Notes: generated from the letters alone by a model not told the origin. Shown: positions 55,030-63,977, counted from the stretch's first letter. The stretch is 64,000 nt of DNA from Candidatus Omnitrophota bacterium (GCA_049517335.1 JBEKSD010000006.1:1-64000); one strand, 5' to 3'. Made by a program: numbers and translations.

Positions 55030-56112
55030 ATGAAACATAAAATAACATTAATATCTGGTGATGGCATAGGCCCTGAAGTTGTAGACGCAGCTAAAAGGTG
55101 TATTGAAGCTACCGGAATAAATATTGTATGGGAAGAGGCCCTTGCCGGCGAAACAGCCCTTAAAATAACCGGCAGCCTGCTACCTGAGTCTACGTTAGAA
55201 TCCATTAAGAGGAATAAAGTTGCTTTGAAAGGGCCGATTACCACTCCTATCGGAACGGGTTTTCGTTCGGTAAACGTAGCTATAAGGCAGGCCCTTGATT
55301 TATATGCTTGTGTACGCCCGACTAAAAGTTATTCCGGAGTAAAGAGCCCGTACAAGGACATTGATTTATTAATTATCCGGGAGAACAGTGAAGATTTATA
55401 CGCCGGTATTGAATTTGAAGAGGGTAAACCGGAAACAGAAGACCTGATTAGAAGGATTGAAGGCAGCACTAAGAAAAAAATCCGGCCTGATTCGGGAATT
55501 TCCATTAAGCCTATTTCAATAACCGCAACCGCAAGGATCGCAAAATTCGCCTTTGATTACGCGCTTAAATCCGGCCGTAAGAAAATTACAGTTGTAACAA
55601 AGGCAAACATTATGAAATTCACCGACGGTTTATTTCTTAAGACTAGCCGTGAAACCGCTAAGGGATATGTAGGAAAAGTAATTTTTGAAGAAGCGCTTGT
55701 AGATAATATGGCTATGCAGCTGGCCCAGAAACCGGGGAACTTTGACATTTTACTCCTGCCAAACCTCTACGGCGATATACTTTCTGACCTTTGCGCGGGG
55801 CTAATCGGCGGCTTAGGTATTGCCCCGGGTGCTAATATCGGCGATAATATGGCGGTGTTTGAGGCAGTGCATGGTTCGGCACCTAAATATAAAGGGCTGA
55901 ACAAGGCAAACCCTGCGGCAATGATTTTATCCGGCGTGCTCATGCTCAGGTATTTGAAAGAAGATAAAGCTGCCGCCAGATTAGAGGAAGCGGTAAAAGA
56001 GATAATCGCAGAAGGTAAATCCGTAACCTACGATTTAAAACCTAACCGTAATGATCCTTCGGCAGCCGGCACAAAAGAAATGGCCGATGCCATCATTAAC
56101 AGACTAAGATGA
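55030..56112 (+). CDS. icd: Isocitrate dehydrogenase, probably NADP-dependent
   Basis: GDGIGPE, RSVNVAIRQ (isocitrate-type SxN), NLYGDILSD, HGSAPKY (KY is the NADP-type signature). Confidence 0.82.
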   Translation: MKHKITLISGDGIGPEVVDAAKRCIEATGINIVWEEALAGETALKITGSLLPESTLESIKRNKVALKGPITTPIGTGFRSVNVAIRQALDLYACVRPTKSYSGVKSPYKDIDLLIIRENSEDLYAGIEFEEGKPETEDLIRRIEGSTKKKIRPDSGISIKPISITATARIAKFAFDYALKSGRKKITVVTKANIMKFTDGLFLKTSRETAKGYVGKVIFEEALVDNMAMQLAQKPGNFDILLLPNLYGDILSDLCAGLIGGLGIAPGANIGDNMAVFEAVHGSAPKYKGLNKANPAAMILSGVLMLRYLKEDKAAARLEEAVKEIIAEGKSVTYDLKPNRNDPSAAGTKEMADAIINRLR

Positions 56113-57029
56113 AAATCAGTATAATTGGCTCAGGAAATGTCGGAGCAACAAGCGCCTTAAGGGTTGCCCAGGATTGCCTTGGAGAAGTTGTTTTAGTTGA
56201 CGTCGTAAAGGGCCTAGCAAAAGGGAAAGCTTATGATTTAGAAGACGCACGAGCCTTGCTTAAGATAAATTATAACATTGAGGGAACTGATGATTTTACG
56301 CAAATCAAAGGTTCTGATATTATAGTTGTTACTGCCGGCCTTGCCCGTAAACCCGGGATGACTCGGGAAGAACTTCTCCTAAAAAATGCCGCAATCTTAA
56401 AAGAAATCTGCCTAAATATCAAAACATTAGCCCCTCAGTCGGTATTAATCATCGTTACCAATCCTCTGGATGTGATGACTAATTATGCTTTGAAGGTAAC
56501 CGGTTTTAAAGGGAACAAAGTTTTTGGCATGGGCGTTAGCCTTGATGCAGCCAGATTTGCCAATATTATCTCAAAAGAACTTAATGTAAATGTTTGTGAT
56601 ATTGATGCTGTAGTTATCGGAAGCCACGGCGAAGGGATGCTCCCTTTACCCGGATTATCCGGTGTAAAGGGAGTGCCCCTTGAGAAATTAGCCGATAGCA
56701 ATAAAATAAAAGAAATGGTTACGAAAACTATTAACCGCGGAGCGGAGATTGTTGCTTTGCTCGGCTCCGGAAGCGCCTATTATGCGCCTTCGGCGGCAAT
56801 ATCAACTTTAGTGAAAGCGGTTGCTAAGAATGAAAAGCGTAAAATCGGCGTGTGCGCGTGCCTAAACGGAGAATACGGCTTAAAGGATGTCTGCCTTGGT
56901 GTTTCCTGTATCATCGGAAGGGAAGGCATCTTAAGCATTACAGAGCCGGAACTTAAGAAAGAAGAGTCGGAATTACTTAAGAAATCAGCAGAAAACATCC
57001 GGCAGCTTGTTGGACAACTGTCTCTTTAA
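56109..57029 (+). CDS. mdh: Malate dehydrogenase (LDH-like)
   Basis: GSGNVG, ARKPGMTR (Arg specifies malate), TNPLD, LDAARF, GSHG, GSAYYAP. Confidence 0.92.
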   Translation: MKISIIGSGNVGATSALRVAQDCLGEVVLVDVVKGLAKGKAYDLEDARALLKINYNIEGTDDFTQIKGSDIIVVTAGLARKPGMTREELLLKNAAILKEICLNIKTLAPQSVLIIVTNPLDVMTNYALKVTGFKGNKVFGMGVSLDAARFANIISKELNVNVCDIDAVVIGSHGEGMLPLPGLSGVKGVPLEKLADSNKIKEMVTKTINRGAEIVALLGSGSAYYAPSAAISTLVKAVAKNEKRKIGVCACLNGEYGLKDVCLGVSCIIGREGILSITEPELKKEESELLKKSAENIRQLVGQLSL

Positions 57030-57032
57030 AAT

Positions 57033-58322
57033 ATGTATGACTTAGCGATTATCGGCGCGGGCTGGGCAGGGTTTAACGCTGCGCAAAGAGCAAAAGAACT
57101 CAAGCTTAAAACCTGCCTGATTGAAAAGTCTTATCTTGGCGGCACCTGCCTTAATTCCGGATGTATCCCAACTAAATCCCTTATCCAAAGCGTAAAAATT
57201 TATTCCCTGGCTAAAAAATCGCTAGTCTTCGGGGTAGATTTGCAAAACCCCGTGTTTAATTTTCTTAAGATGCAGGAGAGAAAAGATAAAATCATCCAAC
57301 AGTTGCGTTCGGGAATGCAGTTTATGCTACAAGGAGTGGATTTTTTGAGCGCAGAAGCACAGATAACCGGCAATAATGAAATAAGGATAGGCGAAAAAAC
57401 CATCAACTCAAAATATATACTTATCGCCTGCGGCTCAAAACCCTATGAACTCCTCCCATTTAAATTTGACGGGAAGAAAATCATCTCAAGTAATGAAGCC
57501 CTAAAACTTACGGAAGCGCCGAAGAGCATACTCATTATCGGAGGCGGGGTAATCGGATGCGAATTCGCTTCCCTTTTTGCCTCTCTGGGTACGCTTGTTA
57601 CGATAGCGGAAAAAATGCCGCAGCTTTTACTCGGGGTAGATAAAGAAGCGGCGAAAAAGATTGAAACTGTTTTTAAGAAGAAAAAGATTAGGGTTAATAC
57701 GAATACTGATGCTTCAACTTTTAACTCAGGTGATTTCGCTTTAGTATTAATCTGCGTAGGAAGGGTTCCTAACACAGATGGTTTAGGGCTGGAGAAATTA
57801 GGCATAAATCTGGAAAAGGGAAGGGTCATCGTTGATGATTACCTGCGCACGAATATAGCGAATATTTATGCGGCAGGAGACTGTACTTCAAAAATAATGC
57901 TTGCCCATTATGCCGCTTATCAGGGGCTTATCGCAGCCGGGAATATTGCTCACCCGGTTAACCTGAAAAAAGCGAATAATACCATAATACCCGGATGCAT
58001 CTTCACTGACCCTGAGATTGCCAGTGTTGGTCTGAGCGAAGATGAAGCACGCGCAAGAAATATAGAAATTAAAATTCAGAGGTCCGATTTTCTTAGTTCG
58101 GGTATGGCAAGGATAATCGATGAGACCGACGGGTTTATTAAAATCATCAGCGAAGCAAAAACCGATGTAATCATAGGCGCCTCAATTGTCGGCGCAAAAG
58201 CCACTGAATTAATAGCAATACTTACCCTTGCAATATCAAAGCGGCTTAAAACCTCAGAGCTAAAAGATACTATATTTGCCCACCCGACTTTATCAGAAAG
58301 CATTCACCAAGCGCTGCATTAA
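57033..58322 (+). CDS. lpdA: Dihydrolipoyl dehydrogenase (E3), compact form
   Basis: GGTCLNSGCIPTK redox disulfide, GGGVIGCE, AAGD, HPTLSE. Confidence 0.92.
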   Translation: MYDLAIIGAGWAGFNAAQRAKELKLKTCLIEKSYLGGTCLNSGCIPTKSLIQSVKIYSLAKKSLVFGVDLQNPVFNFLKMQERKDKIIQQLRSGMQFMLQGVDFLSAEAQITGNNEIRIGEKTINSKYILIACGSKPYELLPFKFDGKKIISSNEALKLTEAPKSILIIGGGVIGCEFASLFASLGTLVTIAEKMPQLLLGVDKEAAKKIETVFKKKKIRVNTNTDASTFNSGDFALVLICVGRVPNTDGLGLEKLGINLEKGRVIVDDYLRTNIANIYAAGDCTSKIMLAHYAAYQGLIAAGNIAHPVNLKKANNTIIPGCIFTDPEIASVGLSEDEARARNIEIKIQRSDFLSSGMARIIDETDGFIKIISEAKTDVIIGASIVGAKATELIAILTLAISKRLKTSELKDTIFAHPTLSESIHQALH

Positions 58323-58951
58323 TGAAGGTTAAATTTTTTGATTTAGGGCTTACTGATTATACAACCTCCCATGATTTTCAAAAGCAACTCCTCAATAAAG
58401 TTAAAGACAACGAAATTGAGCATGCTTTAATTTCCTGCAGGCATTATCCGGTGATTACTTTGGGCAGGCAGGCTAAGTTAGAAAACCTGCTTGTCTCTGA
58501 AAAAGAGTTGGAGAAGAATGAAATAAAATTAATTAAAGTTGAGCGTGGGGGCGATATTACCTATCACGGTCCGGGCCAACTCACTATTTATCCGATTTTT
58601 AATCTCAGTCTGCTTAAGAAAGATATTCACTTCTTTATGAGGAATCTTGAAAGAGTTACAATTGCTGCGCTGATGCATTTTAATATTAAGGCAAGCCAAA
58701 GGCAAGGGCTTACCGGAGTTTGGATTAATAATGAAAAAATCGCCTCAATAGGTATAGCTGTCAGGCAGTGGGTTACTTGTCATGGCATAACCATAAACAT
58801 CAAAAGGGATGATTTAGGGAATTTTTCCTTGATTAGGCCGTGCGGTATGGATATAATGATGACGTCAATGGAAAGTATTCTGGGTGAAAACATTGATATT
58901 GATAAGGTAGGCAAAATTTTTAACAAGGAGATTATGCAATGGCCAAAGTAG
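58322..58951 (+). CDS. lipB: Lipoyl(octanoyl) transferase
   Basis: HYPVITLG, RGGDITYHGPGQ, KIASIG, HG, PCG. Confidence 0.95.
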   Translation: MKVKFFDLGLTDYTTSHDFQKQLLNKVKDNEIEHALISCRHYPVITLGRQAKLENLLVSEKELEKNEIKLIKVERGGDITYHGPGQLTIYPIFNLSLLKKDIHFFMRNLERVTIAALMHFNIKASQRQGLTGVWINNEKIASIGIAVRQWVTCHGITINIKRDDLGNFSLIRPCGMDIMMTSMESILGENIDIDKVGKIFNKEIMQWPK

Positions 58952-59169
58952 TTTTACCCGAATTAGGCGATAATATTACCAAGGCTACTGTTTCCTACTG
59001 GTATTTTCAAGCGGGGCAGAAGGTAGGGGAAAAAGAAGATTTAGTTGAACTTACTACTGATAAAGCAACTTTTAATCTTCCCAGCCCTGCTGCAGGGATA
59101 TTAAAACAAATATTCATTCAGGAAGGCGACACTGCCAATATCGGAGATGTGTTGGCAGAGATAGAATAA
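58939..59169 (+). CDS. Stand-alone lipoyl-domain protein
   Basis: LPELG, ELTTDKATF with the lipoyl Lys, SPAAG; 76 aa, no E2 catalytic domain. Confidence 0.9.
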   Translation: MAKVVLPELGDNITKATVSYWYFQAGQKVGEKEDLVELTTDKATFNLPSPAAGILKQIFIQEGDTANIGDVLAEIE

Positions 59170-59181
59170 CAAATAACCAAA

Positions 59182-59231
59182 AACATAAAAAAGGGAACGG
59201 GCTCCTTAGAGCCCGTTCCCTTTTTTATGTT
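59182..59231. terminator. Rho-independent terminator, bidirectional architecture
   Basis: Perfect 23-bp inverted repeat AACATAAAAAAGGGAACGGGCTC-ctta-GAGCCCGTTCCCTTTTTTATGTT. Confidence 0.92.
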
Positions 59232-59245
59232 ATCTTAGATACTTC

Positions 59246-59274
59246 TTTACAACGGGTAGTTTTATTAGTATATT
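59246..59274 (+). promoter_or_regulatory. Putative sigma70 promoter of the HTH / lipid cluster
   Basis: TTTACA-17 nt-TATATT; SD GAGGTG before ATG 59322. Confidence 0.6.
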
Positions 59275-59321
59275 TCTAATATATATATGATTATGGTAAG
59301 TATGTTAAAAAGAGGTGTGGT

Positions 59322-59534
59322 ATGGCAAAGACTAAGGAAATTTTAACAGCCAAAGAAGTTGCGGAATACCTTAATATTCATCCTCTCACCGTCCACAGGT
59401 ACGCCCGTGAAGGCAAGATTCCCGCCTTCAAGATAGGTACGGACTGGAGGTTCCACACGAAATATATTGAGAGATGGATTAAGGAAAAATCTAACCATCA
59501 GGTTCGCAACAAGGCACAGAAAAATTTACTTTAA
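59322..59534 (+). CDS. Excisionase-like (HTH_17 / MerR-type) small DNA-binding protein
   Basis: LTAKEVAEYLNIHPLTVHRYAREGKIPAFKIGTDWRF. Confidence 0.9.
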   Translation: MAKTKEILTAKEVAEYLNIHPLTVHRYAREGKIPAFKIGTDWRFHTKYIERWIKEKSNHQVRNKAQKNLL

Positions 59535-59554
59535 ATATCAGGCTTATCAGTTAT

Positions 59555-60475
59555 ATGAGAACCTTCGCATATATTACTACCCCTATAAATACCGAGCAGC
59601 TTAAGGAGCAGTGGCAGGCGTTAAAATACCTTCCGGATTATATTCTAAGTCGTCTTCGTAAATTACTCCCCAAATATAAAATTATAAAGTTAGGAAAATT
59701 TGAATCAGTGCAGGCAGAAACTATCAAAGGATACAAAATAGTCTGTCCTATTTTGGATGAATATAAACAGGATAATCTGGTCCTTGAAAGAATAATCTCT
59801 GCCTGTTGTATCGCCGAAAAGCTCGGCGTAAAATTAATCGGCGTTGGCGGTTATGCTGCTTTGGTTGCAGATAAGAATTACAATAAAATAATTAAGTCCG
59901 TAAAAATCCCGGTTACCTGTGGCAACGCATTGAGCGCATGGTGCCTTTTTGAAAAAGTTTACCGGCTGGCAAAGGCAAAGAATATCCCCCTTAAAGGCTC
60001 AACAATACTCTTTCTCGGAGCAGACACCCAAACCGGTTCTTTAGCCGCAAGAAAATTATCAGAATACACTGCTAAAATCATTATTGCGGGAACTGATAAA
60101 AATCTACTGGCAAAGCTTAAAGAAGTAATCCTGCAGGAAAATCATATTGAAGTAATCATTGAATCTAATATCGAAGCTGCATTGAATGAAGTATCCATAG
60201 TGGTTAATGCCGAAGAAGCTTATGAGCCTCTGCCTAAATTAAAAGAAAATACGATTTATTCCGGCGTAGAAGCCCTGCGTATCAGGGAATACGGGGCAGG
60301 CGTTAGTAGATTTATTTCTCCGTCGTTAGCCGAGGCAGCCCTGCTTGTTTTAGACGATAATGCCGTTAGTTATTCATTAGGCAAAAATAGTAATCTGGAG
60401 ATACTGGAAGAGATCGCGAATACCGCGGTGCGGCAGGGGTTTGAGGTCTGGGTGCCGGAAGCGCCGGTATTATGA
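59555..60475 (+). CDS. Divergent acyl-ACP-reductase-like / COG5322-type Rossmann protein
   Basis: N-terminal FAYITTP, IGVGGYAALV, PVTCGNALSA, degenerate GAxxxxG, LAEAALL..SYSLG..AVRQGF resemble the family by eye. Confidence 0.6.
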   Translation: MRTFAYITTPINTEQLKEQWQALKYLPDYILSRLRKLLPKYKIIKLGKFESVQAETIKGYKIVCPILDEYKQDNLVLERIISACCIAEKLGVKLIGVGGYAALVADKNYNKIIKSVKIPVTCGNALSAWCLFEKVYRLAKAKNIPLKGSTILFLGADTQTGSLAARKLSEYTAKIIIAGTDKNLLAKLKEVILQENHIEVIIESNIEAALNEVSIVVNAEEAYEPLPKLKENTIYSGVEALRIREYGAGVSRFISPSLAEAALLVLDDNAVSYSLGKNSNLEILEEIANTAVRQGFEVWVPEAPVL

Positions 60476-60480
60476 CAAAA

Positions 60481-61218
60481 ATGCTATTAAAGGGCAGGAA
60501 CATAATGATAAAGCGGGGCAAGCAGAGGGATCGGCCGCGCTATCGCGCTTGAGCTGGCAAAAGAAGGCGCGAATATAAGTTTTAGTTTTGCCAGCAGTGT
60601 AAAAGAAGCGCAAGCCCTTGAAAAAGAAATTAGCACGCTTGGCGTAAAAGCAAAAGCATTTCAGGTGGACATTAGGGACTTTGAGGCTGTTAAAACATGG
60701 GTTGAAGAAACAAAAAAAATCTTAGGCTCGCTGGATACGGTAATAAATAACGCCGGAATCATCAAGGACAAAGCACTTGCCCTTATGGATGTTTCGGAAT
60801 GGCGCGATGTACTCAATACTAATCTTGACGGGGTATTTAATTTATCCCGCTGCGCCATAATAACCTTTTTAAAACAAAAAAGCGGCAACATCGTTAATGT
60901 AACTTCTGTCAGCGGCGTGGTCGGCTTGCCTCGGCAAACAAATTATTTCGCGTCAAAAACCGGCATCATCGGTTTCACAATAGCGCTGGCAAAAGAAGTA
61001 GCCCTTTAGGGGGTGAGGGTTAATGCGGTAGCCCCCGGTTTTATTGAAACCGACATGCTCAAAGATTTAAAAGAAGAGCACAAGGCGCAGATATTAAAGC
61101 ATATCCCTTTGGCAAGGCAGAAGAAGTGGCAAAGACGGTAAAGTTTTTAATTTCCGATGCATCCGGGTATATCACGGGACAAACCATTATTATTGCCGGC
61201 GGAATGAGCATAGCTTAA
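60481..61218 (+). pseudogene. fabG: 3-oxoacyl-ACP reductase (FabG-like SDR) pseudogene with three lesions
   Basis: Motifs [30 protein letters not shown] are spread over several frames: frameshift ~60511, TAG 61007-61009, frameshift ~61117. Confidence 0.88.
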
Positions 61219-61220
61219 AT

Positions 61221-62462
61221 ATGGATAAAAGGATCGTAATTACCGGATTAGGCGTAGTGGCACCGAGTGGGATAGGGAAAGAGGATTTTTGGAAGGCGAA
61301 CATTGAGGGCGTATCCGCAGTTGATAAAATAAGAAGTTTTGATACTGCAGACTATGCCACTAAAATAGCAGCAGAGATAAAAAATTTTGACCCGCAAAAA
61401 TATCTCTCTCAAAAGCTTATAGACAATATTGACAGGTCTACACAGTTTGCTTTAGTAGCAGCAAAATTAGCTATAGAAGATGCTGGGATTAATCTTGAAA
61501 AAGATAATAAGAATTCAATAGGCGTATGCATTGGCGCTGGTTTAGGTGGGATGTTTTTTTATGAAAAACAAATCATTGCAGTGTATGAAAATTCAGTTAA
61601 AAAGATAGAACCTGCCTGTGTGCCTCGCATTACCCCTAATGCTCCTTCCTCGCAAATCTCTATTCAAAATGGCTTATTAGGTCCAAATATCACGGTTTCT
61701 ACTGCCTGCTCATCCGGAGGCCATGCTTTAGGTCTAGCTATGGACATGATAAAACTGGAAAGGGCAGATGTTATCTTGGCTGGTGGCACGGAAGCATCGA
61801 TAATTCCGCTTACTTTTGGGGCATTTAGCGTTTTACGAGTAATGTCTAGAAGGAACGATACTCCTAAAGAGGCAAGCCGACCCTTTGATAAAGATAGGGA
61901 TGGTTTTGTGATGGGTGAAGGATCGGCAATCTTAATCTTAGAAGAATTATCGCACGCAAAGAATCGCAAAGCAAATATCTATGCTGAGCTTATAGGGTAT
62001 GGGTCTACATCGGGTGCTTATCATATGGCAGCACCGGAACCCAAAGGTAAGGATGCAATCAGGGCAATGAAGATAGCACTAAATACCGCAGAAATAAATC
62101 CCCAAGATGTTGATTATATAAATGCCCATGGTACTTCTACAAAGGCAAACGATAAGGTTGAGACAGAAGCAATTAAAGCAGTATTTAAGGAGCACGCCTA
62201 TAAGCTAGCAGTAAGTTCAACTAAATCCATGATTGGTCATCCTATCGGTGCTGCAGGCGCAGTCGAAGCGGTGGTATCAGTTTTAGCCATCCAGCACAAT
62301 ATCGCTCCACCAACAATCAATTACAAAACACCCGATCCGGATTGTGATTTAAACTATGTACCCAACCAAGCGCAGAAACGTAAAATCGATACTGTACTTT
62401 CAAACTCTTTTGGATTCGGTAGTAATAATGCCGTATTAGTATTTAGGCGTTTTACTGAATAG
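61221..62462 (+). CDS. fabF: Beta-ketoacyl-ACP synthase II
   Basis: RIVITGLG, TACSSG (Cys), NAHGTST (His), KSMIGH (His), NSFGFG. Confidence 0.93.
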   Translation: MDKRIVITGLGVVAPSGIGKEDFWKANIEGVSAVDKIRSFDTADYATKIAAEIKNFDPQKYLSQKLIDNIDRSTQFALVAAKLAIEDAGINLEKDNKNSIGVCIGAGLGGMFFYEKQIIAVYENSVKKIEPACVPRITPNAPSSQISIQNGLLGPNITVSTACSSGGHALGLAMDMIKLERADVILAGGTEASIIPLTFGAFSVLRVMSRRNDTPKEASRPFDKDRDGFVMGEGSAILILEELSHAKNRKANIYAELIGYGSTSGAYHMAAPEPKGKDAIRAMKIALNTAEINPQDVDYINAHGTSTKANDKVETEAIKAVFKEHAYKLAVSSTKSMIGHPIGAAGAVEAVVSVLAIQHNIAPPTINYKTPDPDCDLNYVPNQAQKRKIDTVLSNSFGFGSNNAVLVFRRFTE

Positions 62463-62470
62463 GAGGAATT

Positions 62471-62722
62471 ATGCTATCTATAAATAGAGAAACCATACAA
62501 AAAGAAGTAAAAGAAATTATAAGCCAAAGGCTACATGTGTCAGTTGATAAGATAAGAGAAGATTCAAAGTTACGGGAAGATTTGGGAATGGACTCTTTTG
62601 GCGCCATCGATGTCGCCTTTGCTCTGGAAGATAAATACAAAAAAGAAATACCGAATGAGGATTTAGAGAATATTGAAACTGTAGATAATATTATAAATCT
62701 AATTATAAAGAATTTGAGTTAA
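62471..62722 (+). CDS. Acyl carrier protein
   Basis: 83 aa, acidic, DLGMDSF phosphopantetheine Ser, LEDKY, ETV; SD AGGAGG. Confidence 0.93.
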   Translation: MLSINRETIQKEVKEIISQRLHVSVDKIREDSKLREDLGMDSFGAIDVAFALEDKYKKEIPNEDLENIETVDNIINLIIKNLS

Positions 62723-62774
62723 GATGGTTTTAAATTGACAGCAGTTACAAGCGCTAAGACAAAAGGAGAATCCA

Positions 62775-63977
62775 ATGAAATCAATTGTTAAAGAAGATAA
62801 AATTATAGAACGGCCGCCAATTAATATGGCAAAAGATTATTCTAAAGAATTTATATCCCAGCGCTTATCTTGGCTTAGTAATAAAACCAATACAAAGTTA
62901 CACCACATTAGCCAATATTCCCAACCAAGTGAAGATATGAGAGGAAACATAGAGAATCCAATAGGTGTTTGTCAAATCCCCCTTGGTATTGCCGGTCCCT
63001 TAAAGATAAATGGAGAATATGCCAAGGGGGCCTTTTACATTCCGATGGCAACAGTAGAGGGAACTCTTTTAAAATCCTATGATTCGGGTATGGCTATTTT
63101 GACAAGAGCGGGAGGAGTTAATGTGAAGATTTTTAAAGATGAAATACACATTGCTCCTATATTTATACTAGATGGCTTAAATGATATAACTAAGTTTATA
63201 GAATGGATAAGAAATAATTTTAATAATATAAAAAAAGAAACAGAGAAAACAACCAAGCATGGAAAGTTATTGAGAATAGACCCTATTGTTGCGTCTAAAA
63301 GAGTTATCTTAAAGTTTAGTTATTTTACTGAAGACGCCATGGGGGCGAACATGGTGGCTATCGCCACAGAATCGGCTTGCAAATATATTTTTTCTGAGAC
63401 CGGTAAAAAATTCTTTATTAAATCAAATCTTTGTTCTGATAAAAAAGCCTCTATGCATAATTTTGTTGAAGGATATGGTAAGAGTGTATTTGCTGATATA
63501 TCTATCCCAGAACATGTTGTCAAATTTTTCGGCACTACGCCTAAAGAAATGTTTGATTATTATCATGCTTATGTTATTGGAAATTCTCATGCTGGCATGA
63601 TAGGAATGAATGGTCATGTAGCAAATGGGATAGGTGCATTATTCTTAGCTTGCGGTCAGGATGTTGCAGAGATAATAGGTGCCTCTATGACTATTTGCCA
63701 TGGAGAAGTAAGAGAAAATGGAGATGCATATATTAGTGTTTATATACCAAGTCTATTGGTTGGCACTGTAGGGGGAGGTGCTTCTTTAGTGACTCAACGT
63801 GAATGTCTAGAAGTGCTTGGTTGCTACGGTTCTGGTAAAGCCAAGAAATTTGCCGAAATTGCTGCAGCCGTTGCTTTGGCAGGAGAATTTTCTATCTGCG
63901 CTTCAATTGCTAATCATACCTTTGTTAAGGCTTTTATGAAATATGGTAGAAAATCAGGAGAAAAAGGAAAAGAATGA
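62775..63977 (+). CDS. Class I HMG-CoA reductase-fold protein with divergent substrate site
   Basis: ENPIG..IPLGIAGP, PMATVEG, DAMGANM, SDKK, GQD, GTVGGG, AGEFS. Confidence 0.88.
   Translation: MKSIVKEDKIIERPPINMAKDYSKEFISQRLSWLSNKTNTKLHHISQYSQPSEDMRGNIENPIGVCQIPLGIAGPLKINGEYAKGAFYIPMATVEGTLLKSYDSGMAILTRAGGVNVKIFKDEIHIAPIFILDGLNDITKFIEWIRNNFNNIKKETEKTTKHGKLLRIDPIVASKRVILKFSYFTEDAMGANMVAIATESACKYIFSETGKKFFIKSNLCSDKKASMHNFVEGYGKSVFADISIPEHVVKFFGTTPKEMFDYYHAYVIGNSHAGMIGMNGHVANGIGALFLACGQDVAEIIGASMTICHGEVRENGDAYISVYIPSLLVGTVGGGASLVTQRECLEVLGCYGSGKAKKFAEIAAAVALAGEFSICASIANHTFVKAFMKYGRKSGEKGKE

Noticed and set aside
59322-59534. Excisionase-like gene as a sign of a prophage or ICE
   Set aside because: No integrase, att repeat or phage genes nearby; HTH_17 proteins are often plain regulators.
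8944-61009. Genome-wide TAG reassignment, suggested by in-frame TAGs at 11269 and 61007
   Set aside because: TAG ends conserved genes at their normal C-termini (rpsG FRW*, rpmG, rpmC, infA, secDF, leuC-like). The fabG TAG comes with two frameshifts, and the two sites imply different amino acids.
60665-61009. 114-aa SDR ORF as an independent gene
   Set aside because: It is the middle fragment of the fabG pseudogene.
62735-62760. TTGACA upstream of the HMGR-like gene as an internal promoter
   Set aside because: No acceptable -10 at 16-18 nt spacing (TAAGAC is at 14 nt).
92-63617. Many 60-196 aa antisense and alternate-frame ORFs in the track
   Set aside because: They lie within conserved genes, have no recognisable motifs, and are expected shadows of codon bias. 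21760..22101 also overlaps tRNA-Trp and secE.
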